Under the pieces are notes generated by a model. The model was not told where the DNA came from, did no database searches, and worked only from the letters and a program-made list of their open reading frames with translations. A stretch of 13,229 nucleotides of DNA, taken from positions 1-13,229 of the IMG/VR virus record IMGVR_UViG_2698536505_000013; one strand, written 5' to 3'. Positions 1 through 6,468 of the stretch are shown one piece after another (within the stretch, counting starts at the first letter, position 1; every line of letters begins with the position of its first letter). Made by a program: the position numbers and the translations under genes. Source of the DNA: a virus (Duplodnaviria; Heunggongvirae; Uroviricota; Caudoviricetes).

Positions 1-82
1 GCCGGGGAGGAAGGAAACTACCGGATGGAAAGAGTCCCCCTAAAGCAGACTGACAGACATCACAAATCCCCGGGTGGGGATT

Positions 83-98
83 TGTGTATAAGAGACAG
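83..98. other. Exact 16-nt match to the core of the Tn5/IS50 transposase mosaic end (TGTGTATAAGAGACAG); 17/19 to the full 19-bp end
   Basis: Direct reading: positions 80-98 are ATTTGTGTATAAGAGACAG against the mosaic end AGATGTGTATAAGAGACAG. It is immediately preceded by a perfect hairpin, AAATCCCC-gggt-GGGGATTT (64-83). Bases upstream do not match the canonical Nextera adapter arms. Confidence 0.5.
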
Positions 99-364
99 CT
101 GTGCGGAGGGGCGATCAGCAACCAGGTATATGGGATAATCGCGGATTCAGGTGCTGATACTGAATTCACCGGGAGGCACCCGGCACCATGCTTTGCCACA
201 AAAGTGTTGTTTCTGTTTTTCTCAAACTATCATCATTATCCCTTTATTTCCGGCTGCGCATGGCGTGGCCTTTTTTTTACGACCAGCCACTGGCAGATGG
301 CCATCCTGTAATTTGATTCCGGTTCCGGCTTTTTAACTCTGTTCCTGTACACGGGAGAAATTCG

Positions 365-2215
365 ATGTCGATTAAACATTATGATGTTGTCAGGGCGGCG
401 TCGCCGTCAGACCTTGCGGAAAAGCTGACACATAAACTGAAAGAGGGCTGGCAGCCGTTTGGTAGTCCGGTGGCCATAACCCCTTATACCCTGATGCAGG
501 CGATTGCAGCAGAAGGTGATGTGGTGGTCAGTGGTGCAACTGAGCCGGAGTGGTACTACGTCATCGTACTGGCCGGGCAGTCCAATGCCATGGCTTACGG
601 TGAAGGGCTTCCGCTGCCGGATTCATACGATGCTCCGGATCCGCGCATTAAACAGCTGGCGCGCCGCAGTACAGTGACGCCGGGCGGGGCTGCCTGCAGA
701 TATAACGATATTATTCCGGCCGACCACTGCCTGCATGATGTGCAGGATATGAGTACGCTGAATCATCCGAAGGCAGACCTGAGCAAAGGGCAGTATGGCT
801 GTGTCGGCCAGGGCTTACATATTGCCAAAAAACTGCTTCCGTATATCCCGAATAACGCGGGGATCCTGCTGGTACCATGCTGTCGTGGTGGTTCGGCATT
901 CACCCAGGGCGCGGAGGGGACATTCAGTGCGGACGCGGGGGCCAGCCAGGATTCGGCGCGCTGGGGTGTGGGTAAACCGTTATATCAGGACCTGATTGCG
1001 CGCACTAAAGCTGCATTACAGAAGAACCCGAAAAATGTGTTGCTGGCGGTGTGCTGGATGCAGGGAGAGTTTGACATGAGCGCCGCCACCTACGCACAGC
1101 AACCTGCGCTGTTTACAGCCATGCTGAAGCAGTTTCGTGCTGACCTCACTGTGTTTAACGCGCAGTGTCATGGTGGCAGTGCTGTAAATGTGCCGTGGAT
1201 TTGTGGTGACACGACGTATTACTGGAAAAACACCTACGGCACGCAGTACAACACCATTTACGGGGCGTACAAAAACAGGGAGAGTGATGGCGTTTATTTT
1301 GTACCCTTCATGACAGACGGTAACGGCGTCAATACCGCCACTAACGCGCCGACAGAAGATCCGGATATTCCGGCATCAGGATATTACGGTGCGGCATCGA
1401 GAACGAATGGAAACCAGGTATCATCAAACCGCCCGACACATTTCAGTTCATGGGCGCGCAGGAGCATTATTCCGGATCGTCTGGCAACCGCTATTCTGAA
1501 CGCAGCCGGGCGCACCTCAGCCTTCATCAGTGGTAAGGCACCGGAAATCAAACCCTCGCCCGGCGGCAACACACCATCGGGTCCGTCTGCAGATACGTCC
1601 GTTCGCACAATCTCCCTGCTGCCGACAGCCGGAGAGGCTGCTGCGCAGGGCTGGACCATTAAGGACGGCGGAATTCAGTTGTCGGGTGGTGTATTTAAGA
1701 TCGCCAAGCAGAGCAATAAAACCTGGTCCCTGACGCATCCGGTGGATGACGCAATTACCCTGCTGACACAGGGCGGCAGACTGACCTGTAAGTTCCGCCT
1801 GTCAGGCGCACTGACCAACAATCAGTTCGGGCTGGGGATTTATCTGTATACGGACGCTCCCGTTCCTGATGGTGTGGCGATGACGGGTACCGGTAATCCG
1901 TTCCTGATGTCGTACTTCACTCAGACCACTGACGGTAGAGTGAATCTGATGCATCACAGGAAAGCCGGAAACACGAAGCTGGGGGAGTTCGGCGATTACG
2001 GTAACGACTGGCAGACGCTGGAGCTGGTGTTCACCGCCGGCAGTGCCACGGTTACTCCGAAACTGAATGGAGTGGCTGGCCCGGCATTCCAGGTCATAAA
2101 AGACAGTCTGACACTGGGGCTGAATGCGCTGACGCTGACGGATGTTACAAAAAATGCAGCGTATGGCGTTGAGATAGAAAGTCTGGTGCTGGAGATAAAT
2201 GCACCGGCAGCATAA
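365..2215 (+). CDS. nanS-p: Prophage sialate O-acetylesterase-like protein (NanS-p type): N-terminal DUF1737-like region, SGNH-hydrolase core, C-terminal beta-rich putative carbohydrate-binding domain
   Basis: 616-aa ORF with ATG start and a GGGAGA Shine-Dalgarno upstream. It has the GQSNA block typical of the sialate O-acetylesterase/SGNH family and sits directly upstream of the holin, as the 933W-type yjhS/nanS-p gene does. Double stop TAATAA. Confidence 0.8.
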   Translation: MSIKHYDVVRAASPSDLAEKLTHKLKEGWQPFGSPVAITPYTLMQAIAAEGDVVVSGATEPEWYYVIVLAGQSNAMAYGEGLPLPDSYDAPDPRIKQLARRSTVTPGGAACRYNDIIPADHCLHDVQDMSTLNHPKADLSKGQYGCVGQGLHIAKKLLPYIPNNAGILLVPCCRGGSAFTQGAEGTFSADAGASQDSARWGVGKPLYQDLIARTKAALQKNPKNVLLAVCWMQGEFDMSAATYAQQPALFTAMLKQFRADLTVFNAQCHGGSAVNVPWICGDTTYYWKNTYGTQYNTIYGAYKNRESDGVYFVPFMTDGNGVNTATNAPTEDPDIPASGYYGAASRTNGNQVSSNRPTHFSSWARRSIIPDRLATAILNAAGRTSAFISGKAPEIKPSPGGNTPSGPSADTSVRTISLLPTAGEAAAQGWTIKDGGIQLSGGVFKIAKQSNKTWSLTHPVDDAITLLTQGGRLTCKFRLSGALTNNQFGLGIYLYTDAPVPDGVAMTGTGNPFLMSYFTQTTDGRVNLMHHRKAGNTKLGEFGDYGNDWQTLELVFTAGSATVTPKLNGVAGPAFQVIKDSLTLGLNALTLTDVTKNAAYGVEIESLVLEINAPAA

Positions 2216-2224
2216 TAAAAAAAC

Positions 2225-2259
2225 AGCCAGTACTGACTTTCGTCGGAGAAGTACTGGCT
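2225..2259. terminator. Hairpin (9-bp stem AGCCAGTAC/GTACTGGCT, 17-nt loop) directly after the nanS-p stop; A7 run on the 5' side, so a canonical intrinsic terminator only for minus-strand transcripts
   Basis: Perfect inverted repeat seen in sequence. The T-tract is on the minus strand only; the plus-strand 3' flank (AAGAAGGATAG) is not U-rich. Confidence 0.35.
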
Positions 2260-2514
2260 AAGAAGGATAGTTGGGTTTCACATGATACTTATATCTGGCA
2301 GTACATTTTCTGACAGACAGTGACGGATGTTGTCAAGATATTGTGTCATTTATAACCTGAATCAGGGGTTGGTCGGAATGTTATCTGGCATTTTTAGCAG
2401 AGCCTGAATGCCATAATCACGGCTCCCGGCGTTGGCCGTCAGTGGGTGACACTGGCGGCTTTTTGTTTTCCTTTACTTTCATTTTCTGTCGGCGGTGACG
2501 GAGACATACATCAG

Positions 2515-2721
2515 ATGGAAAAAATCACAACAGGTGTGTCATACACCACGTCAGCGGTGGGGACGGGATACTGGTTACTGCAGCTGCTGGACAAAGTCTC
2601 TCCGTCCCAGTGGGTGGCGATAGGTGTGCTGGGGAGTCTGCTGTTTGGCCTGCTGACGTATCTGACTAACCTGTATTTCAAAATCAGAGAGGACCGTCGC
2701 AAGGCTGCCCGGGGAGAGTAA
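2515..2721 (+). CDS. S: Class II holin, phage 21 S21-like pinholin (68 aa)
   Basis: Translation [68 protein letters not shown] has two transmembrane segments and a charged C-terminus, and is close to the phage 21 holin as I recall it. GGAG lies 11 nt upstream of the ATG. The ORF track's longer GTG start at 2446 is a less likely alternative. Confidence 0.85.
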   Translation: MEKITTGVSYTTSAVGTGYWLLQLLDKVSPSQWVAIGVLGSLLFGLLTYLTNLYFKIREDRRKAARGE

Positions 2722-2725
2722 AGCG

Positions 2726-3058
2726 ATGAAGAAAAAATACGAACTGGTTGTTAAAGGGATAAATAATTACCCGGATAAGATTACTGTTACTGTGGCACTG
2801 GAAATTGGTGGGTATCCGTCACTGTTGTTGCCAGATGTGGCGATTAGTCTTGACCGTACTGAAGGAGCCACGCTGGAGTTTTACGAAGCTGAGGCGAAAA
2901 AGCAGGCGAAGCAGTTTTTCATGGATGTTGCTGCCGGGTTATGTGAAGGGGATGGTCCGTTGCCGGAAAAGCGGCCCATCATTTTAGAGGCGCAGGATGT
3001 GTTGATAATCTACAGAGGAAAACTACCGGGAATAATTACTGGTTCTCTGAAGACTTAA
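2726..3058 (+). CDS. Conserved hypothetical protein inside the lysis cassette (YdfR/DUF1327-like, from memory); function unknown
   Basis: 110-aa ORF whose ATG is 4 nt after the holin stop, with GGGGAGAG 7 nt upstream. It occupies the holin-endolysin slot, as ydfR does in the K-12 Qin prophage. Its composition is soluble and acidic. Confidence 0.7.
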   Translation: MKKKYELVVKGINNYPDKITVTVALEIGGYPSLLLPDVAISLDRTEGATLEFYEAEAKKQAKQFFMDVAAGLCEGDGPLPEKRPIILEAQDVLIIYRGKLPGIITGSLKT

Positions 3059-3100
3059 CATATCCAGGGATTTGAAATCGATAAACCCTGATAAATATCC

Positions 3101-3634
3101 ATGAACACCAAAATCAAATACGGCCTGTCGGCTGCCGTTCTGGCGCTGATTGCCGCAGGTGCGCCTGCGCCTGAAATCCTCGACCAGTTTCTGGATGAAA
3201 AGGAAGGTAACCACACCACGGCATACCGTGATGGTGCGGGTATCTGGACCATCTGCCGTGGAGCCACCCGGGTGGATGGTAAGCCTGTCCTCCCGGGCAT
3301 GAAGTTGTCGAAGGAAAAATGCGACCAGGTTAACGCCATTGAACGTGATAAGGCGCTGGCATGGGTGGCGAAAAACATCAGAGTGCCACTGACCGAACCC
3401 CAGAAAGCGGGTATTGCGTCATTCTGTCCGTACAACATTGGTCCCGGTAAGTGTTTCCCGTCTACGTTTTACAGACGAATTAATGCAGGTGATCGAAAAG
3501 GTGCCTGCGAAGCGATTCGCTGGTGGATTAAGGACGGTGGCAGAGACTGCCGTATTCGTTCAAACAACTGTTACGGTCAGGTATCCCGTCGTGACCAGGA
3601 GAGCGCGCTGGCGTGCTGGGGAATTGACAGATAA
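3101..3634 (+). CDS. R: SAR endolysin (T4-lysozyme-like muramidase with N-terminal signal-arrest-release domain)
   Basis: 177 aa. The N-terminal Gly/Ala-rich weakly hydrophobic segment GLSAAVLALIAAGAPA is followed by the catalytic E35-x8-D44-x5-T50 spacing of T4-type lysozymes. Pinholin plus SAR endolysin is the established pairing. No obvious Shine-Dalgarno precedes the ATG. Confidence 0.9.
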   Translation: MNTKIKYGLSAAVLALIAAGAPAPEILDQFLDEKEGNHTTAYRDGAGIWTICRGATRVDGKPVLPGMKLSKEKCDQVNAIERDKALAWVAKNIRVPLTEPQKAGIASFCPYNIGPGKCFPSTFYRRINAGDRKGACEAIRWWIKDGGRDCRIRSNNCYGQVSRRDQESALACWGIDR

Positions 3635-3723
3635 GCAGAATATTTTGCTGAAAAATGCGGTTTGCTCACACGGGCGGATAACACGAAATCCTGCGAACTG
3701 GCAAAAACTAAGTGAATAAAAGT

Positions 3724-3756
3724 AAAACCCCGTTTGTTGGCCGCAAGCGGGGTTTT
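3724..3756 (+). terminator. Stem-loop (9-bp stem AAAACCCCG/CGGGGTTTT, 15-nt loop) followed by a U-rich tract, in the R-Rz intergenic insert
   Basis: Perfect inverted repeat with 3' flank TTTTGTGTTT. The large loop is atypical for an intrinsic terminator, so this may instead be an RNA stability or processing element. Confidence 0.35.
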
Positions 3757-3792
3757 GTGTTTCCTGACTCCGGAAAAGTCAAAGGAGAAAGT

Positions 3793-3930
3793 GTGTTTGA
3801 TTTTAGCAAACTGATTCGGGAGATTCGAATGATGGCTGAAAAATTATCCACCTGGAAGTTCATCCTTATCTGGCTGGTGTTTGTGATTATGGCTTCCGGT
3901 TATTTCATTGGTCAGATACGCTGGTGGTGA
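3793..3930 (+). CDS. Small single-pass membrane protein (45 aa from GTG; alternative 33 aa from ATG at 3829) between endolysin and Rz
   Basis: AAAGGAG Shine-Dalgarno lies 5 nt before the in-frame GTG. Translation ...FDFSKLIREIRMMAEKLSTWKFILIWLVFVIMASGYFIGQIRWW has one clear transmembrane helix. Its stop TGA sits 1 nt before the Rz ATG, which suggests translational coupling. Confidence 0.4.
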   Translation: MFDFSKLIREIRMMAEKLSTWKFILIWLVFVIMASGYFIGQIRWW

Positions 3931-3931
3931 A

Positions 3932-4399
3932 ATGAACCGCGTACTGTGCGTGGTCATCATTGCCCTGCTGGTGGCCTGTGGTGCGCTTAGTCTGGGGCTG
4001 AATCATTACCGTGATAACGCCATAACCTACAAAGAGCAGCGCGATAAAAAAGTCAGTGAGCTGGAGCTGGCAAATGCAACCATTACTGATATGCAGGTGC
4101 GCCAGCGCGATGTTGCTGCGCTCGATGCAAAATACTCGAGGGAATTAGCCGATGCGAGAGCTGAAAATGAAACTCTGCGTGCTGATGTTGCCGCTGGTCG
4201 TAAGCGCCTGCGGATCAACGCCACCTGCTCCGGTACCGTGCGTGAAGCCACCGGCACCTCCGGAATGGATAATGCAACCGGCCCCCGACTGGCAGACACC
4301 GCTGAACGGGATTATTTCACCCTCAGAGAGCGGTTGATGACAATGCAGAAGCAACTGGAAGGGGCACAGGACTATATCCGCACTCAGTGCCTGAAATAA
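3932..4399 (+). CDS. Rz: Inner-membrane spanin subunit (i-spanin) Rz
   Basis: Translation from the ATG at 3932 (MNRVLCVVIIALLVACGALSLGLNHYRDNAITYK...RLADTAERDYFTLRERLMTMQKQLEG...) is collinear with lambda Rz: N-terminal transmembrane segment, coiled coil. The track's TTG start at 3908 is less likely. Confidence 0.9.
   Translation: MNRVLCVVIIALLVACGALSLGLNHYRDNAITYKEQRDKKVSELELANATITDMQVRQRDVAALDAKYSRELADARAENETLRADVAAGRKRLRINATCSGTVREATGTSGMDNATGPRLADTAERDYFTLRERLMTMQKQLEGAQDYIRTQCLK
4152..4337 (+). CDS. Rz1: Outer-membrane lipoprotein spanin subunit (o-spanin) Rz1, embedded in the +1 frame of Rz
   Basis: Translation MRELKMKLCVLMLPLVVSACGS... has a lipobox (LVVSAC) and a proline-rich mature part (PPAPVPCVKPPAPPEWIMQPAPDWQTPLNGIISPSE), nearly collinear with lambda Rz1. 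It lies wholly inside Rz. An alternative start is the ATG at 4167. Confidence 0.8.
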   Translation: MRELKMKLCVLMLPLVVSACGSTPPAPVPCVKPPAPPEWIMQPAPDWQTPLNGIISPSESG

Positions 4400-4749
4400 G
4401 TTTTGTTGATGCGCCGTATCGTCGCTGTATTCCCTCATTAACAGAGACCGCAGCCCGACAGGGAGACTCCTCTGCGCGAGTGTGCGGGGATAATCAAAAA
4501 CGATACACACCGGGGTTTACCGCGTTAACGGAGCGCGGCGTTGTCCCCTCATAGTCGCCTGTCCGGTGCGATGGTGGAAGAAGCCGGATGTTTATCACTA
4601 TTAATTGATGACACAGAAATGGATTCATTGAATTTCAGCACGTTTTTGTATTCGTGTTATTGAACATCTGTTTATTTTACTTTTAACATATTGATAATAA
4701 AAAGAGCTGTAAATCTTTAGATGAGTCGATTTTGTCCGGGGAAGTTCAA

Positions 4750-4890
4750 ATGGATTTTATGCTGACGGTTTCTGGTGTGGTTATCCTGTCCATTGCTTAT
4801 ACTGCAGATAAATATGGCTGCCATTTGTTATCACGTATTGGCGCTTATTGTTCGTTGATGCTGATTTTCTCGTCGCTTTTTTTTGAGTAA
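4750..4890 (+). CDS. Hypothetical 46-aa hydrophobic peptide in the AT-rich moron gap
   Basis: ATG ORF (MDFMLTVSGVVILSIAYTADKYGCHLLSRIGAYCSLMLIFSSLFFE) with two hydrophobic stretches and a weak GGGGAAG Shine-Dalgarno-like sequence upstream. It is below the 60-aa ORF-track cutoff and found by manual reading. I do not recognise homologs. Confidence 0.25.
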   Translation: MDFMLTVSGVVILSIAYTADKYGCHLLSRIGAYCSLMLIFSSLFFE

Positions 4891-5022
4891 GTTATATTAA
4901 TTATAACAAATAATTTTCTGTGTTATTTTTTCAGGCTATCCCGTCAGAGGGGAAGCCTGTACTGCCGGGGAGCGAATGGAAAACTGATGTGTCCGGTAAC
5001 TGCGTGTTCTGTGAACACCATG

Positions 5023-5208
5023 TTACTTAATTATGTAATTCATACCCGAACTCTCTGTTGACAGCCTTCTTCTGCAGGCTTCAATAACCCACGCTGAAAA
5101 GTTACTGGACCCTTTATGCTCAAGGGCGATGTTGATCTGTTCAATCATGTGATTGGGGAAACGGATATTGCGGGTTGTGGTTCTGCGGGTCCGGTTTTTC
5201 GATGACAT
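5023..5208 (-). CDS. YlcI-like (DUF3950-type) small basic protein, putative DNA-binding; 61 aa
   Basis: Minus-strand translation MSSKNRTRRTTTRNIRFPNHMIEQINIALEHKGSSNFSAWVIEACRRRLSTESSGMNYIIK. AAGGA lies 8 nt upstream of this ATG, which is why I prefer it to the track's longer 81-aa start. From memory it resembles DLP12 YlcI. It is divergent from the HNH gene. Confidence 0.6.
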   Translation of the reverse strand: MSSKNRTRRTTTRNIRFPNHMIEQINIALEHKGSSNFSAWVIEACRRRLSTESSGMNYIIK

Positions 5209-5249
5209 ATTTATTTCCTTTACTGATTGCCATATGACGGGGATTTTAC

Positions 5250-5615
5250 ATGGCTGAGCTTCGTACACTCCAGAGCAGAATCAAAACTCTGAACACCCGA
5301 CGGGTGAATATTCTGAAGGGGGAACAGCGTCGTGTCAGTGGCAGTGCACGTGTTTCCCTCAAGCGTCATATCTGGCTCAGGGATGCCGGGCAGTGCTGTC
5401 TCTGTGGTCGTGTGGTTGACCTCTGTGACAGTGAACTCGATCACCGCATTGCACTTCAGTTCGGTGGTGGTAATGAGGAGACGAATCTCTGGACGCTCTG
5501 TACCGAATGCCATCGCCAGAAGTCAGTCAGTGAAACGGCGAGTGGTATGCCGGACCCGACGCTGCCGGAGGTGTCCGGAGGTCATGGCAGGGCAGACGAT
5601 ATCATCGGACTGTGA
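5250..5615 (+). CDS. HNH endonuclease (terminase-associated, HK97 gp74-like)
   Basis: 121 aa with paired Cys motifs (CCLCGR ... CTECH) and an HNH core (ELDHRIALQFGGGNEETNLWTLCTECHRQK). GGGGA Shine-Dalgarno. It lies immediately upstream of the packaging region and terminase genes, as in HK97-like phages. Confidence 0.9.
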   Translation: MAELRTLQSRIKTLNTRRVNILKGEQRRVSGSARVSLKRHIWLRDAGQCCLCGRVVDLCDSELDHRIALQFGGGNEETNLWTLCTECHRQKSVSETASGMPDPTLPEVSGGHGRADDIIGL

Positions 5616-5704
5616 TCCGCCCCGGGGGGGGATCATCCGGCGAAAAAAACGATCGCCCCGGACACCGCCCCCCCTCTCATGCAGAGAAAAAATTCCTGTT
5701 TCAG

Positions 5705-5833
5705 GCCAGTTAACATGTTAACTGGCTGCCCGGGCATTTTTGCGGTTTTTATCTTTATTATTCAGTTTGTTGTGCGAAAAAAATGTTAACTGGCTTTTTC
5801 AGCAAATGTTAACCAGGCAGCAGTTAACATTTG
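5705..5833. other. Candidate cos / packaging-initiation region: cluster of palindromes and repeated TGTTAAC motifs in the HNH-terS intergenic space
   Basis: 22-bp perfect palindrome GCCAGTTAACATGTTAACTGGC (5705-5726); 10-bp palindrome TGCCCGGGCA (5727-5736); AAATGTTAACTGGC (5781-5794); inverted repeat CAAATGTTAAC-n9-GTTAACATTTG (5803-5833); intervening AT-rich tract; C/G homopolymer block CCGCCCCGGGGGGGG at 5617-5631. Confidence 0.45.
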
Positions 5834-5904
5834 CGGCATGAGACGCCGGGAAAAATGGGCTGAACCATACCCGGCTGAGTGCGTTATGGACCCGGGAGGA
5901 GGCT

Positions 5905-6468
5905 GTGCTGACAACGCAAAAACGAAAATTTGCGCTGGCGCTCATGTCCGGGAAAAACAAAACAGCGTCAGCCATTGCCGCCGGTTATTCGGCGAAGACC
6001 GCCAGGGTTAAAGGCTCGCAGCTGGCAAAAGATCCGGAGGTGCTCGCGTTTATAGCCCGTAAACAGTGCGAAACGGTGGAGGTGGATGAGGTTCCTGTTT
6101 ACCGGCAGAAAAAATCAGAGCAGGAGGATAAACCCCGTCGTCGTGAGGTGGCTGCAATAACACAGCCGGACGAAAACAATCCGGAGATGCCTCCGCCCGC
6201 GGTGATATCTCATGGTATTGAATATATGGAGGATGGTCTTCCCGATCCGGTGAAAGCTATGGGGCAGATCCTGGTGGAAAACCTGATAATTGACCCGAAA
6301 CTGGCACTGGATGCGGCCTGGCGACTGGCGCAGTTCACACACCATAAAAAAGGCGATGCCGGTAAAAAATCGGCAAAAGGTGATGCCGTGAAAAAAGCGG
6401 CTAACCGTTTTGCGGTGCCACCACCTCCCCGGCTGGTGGTGAATAACCAGAATGAGGAAAGCGGATGA
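5905..6468 (+). CDS. terS: Terminase small subunit
   Basis: 187 aa with GTG start and GGGAGGAGG Shine-Dalgarno. N-terminal HTH-like segment (KRKFALALMSGKNKTASAIAAGYSAKTARVKGSQLAKDPEV) and a basic, low-complexity C-terminus. Its stop overlaps the terL start (ATGA). Confidence 0.8.
   Translation: MLTTQKRKFALALMSGKNKTASAIAAGYSAKTARVKGSQLAKDPEVLAFIARKQCETVEVDEVPVYRQKKSEQEDKPRRREVAAITQPDENNPEMPPPAVISHGIEYMEDGLPDPVKAMGQILVENLIIDPKLALDAAWRLAQFTHHKKGDAGKKSAKGDAVKKAANRFAVPPPPRLVVNNQNEESG

Noticed and set aside
60-98. Full-length Illumina Nextera adapter as the explanation for the mosaic-end match
   Set aside because: Only the 16-nt mosaic-end core matches exactly. The bases where the adapter arm would be (CCCCGGGTGGGGATT) do not match either canonical Nextera arm, and they form a perfect native-looking hairpin. 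A plain untrimmed adapter is therefore unlikely, though a chimeric junction cannot be excluded.
84-336. Two overlapping plus-strand ORFs (84-311, 151-336) upstream of nanS-p
   Set aside because: They have no Shine-Dalgarno, overlap each other in different frames, have low-complexity composition (FLFFSNYHHY, CCFCFSQTIIII), and sit in a pyrimidine-rich leader region. They are most likely non-coding.
2446-2514. Longer GTG-initiated form of the holin (91 aa) given by the ORF track
   Set aside because: The extension ([23 protein letters not shown]) has no Shine-Dalgarno and no counterpart in S21-type holins. The ATG at 2515 gives the expected 68-aa pinholin, with GGAG upstream.
3055-3438. Minus-strand 127-aa ORF antisense to the endolysin
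   Set aside because: It lies entirely within a well-supported plus-strand gene, has no ribosome-binding site, and its translation has no recognisable features. It is a typical antisense shadow ORF.
4145-4510. Minus-strand 121-aa ORF overlapping Rz/Rz1 and extending into the moron gap
   Set aside because: Most of it is antisense to Rz. No Shine-Dalgarno precedes its start. Bor-like lipoprotein features (signal peptide plus lipobox) are absent.
5332-5721. 129-aa ORF in an alternative frame overlapping the HNH endonuclease gene
   Set aside because: It is an out-of-frame overlap of a strongly supported gene. Its Arg/Ser/Val-rich composition is typical of a GC-rich off-frame translation.
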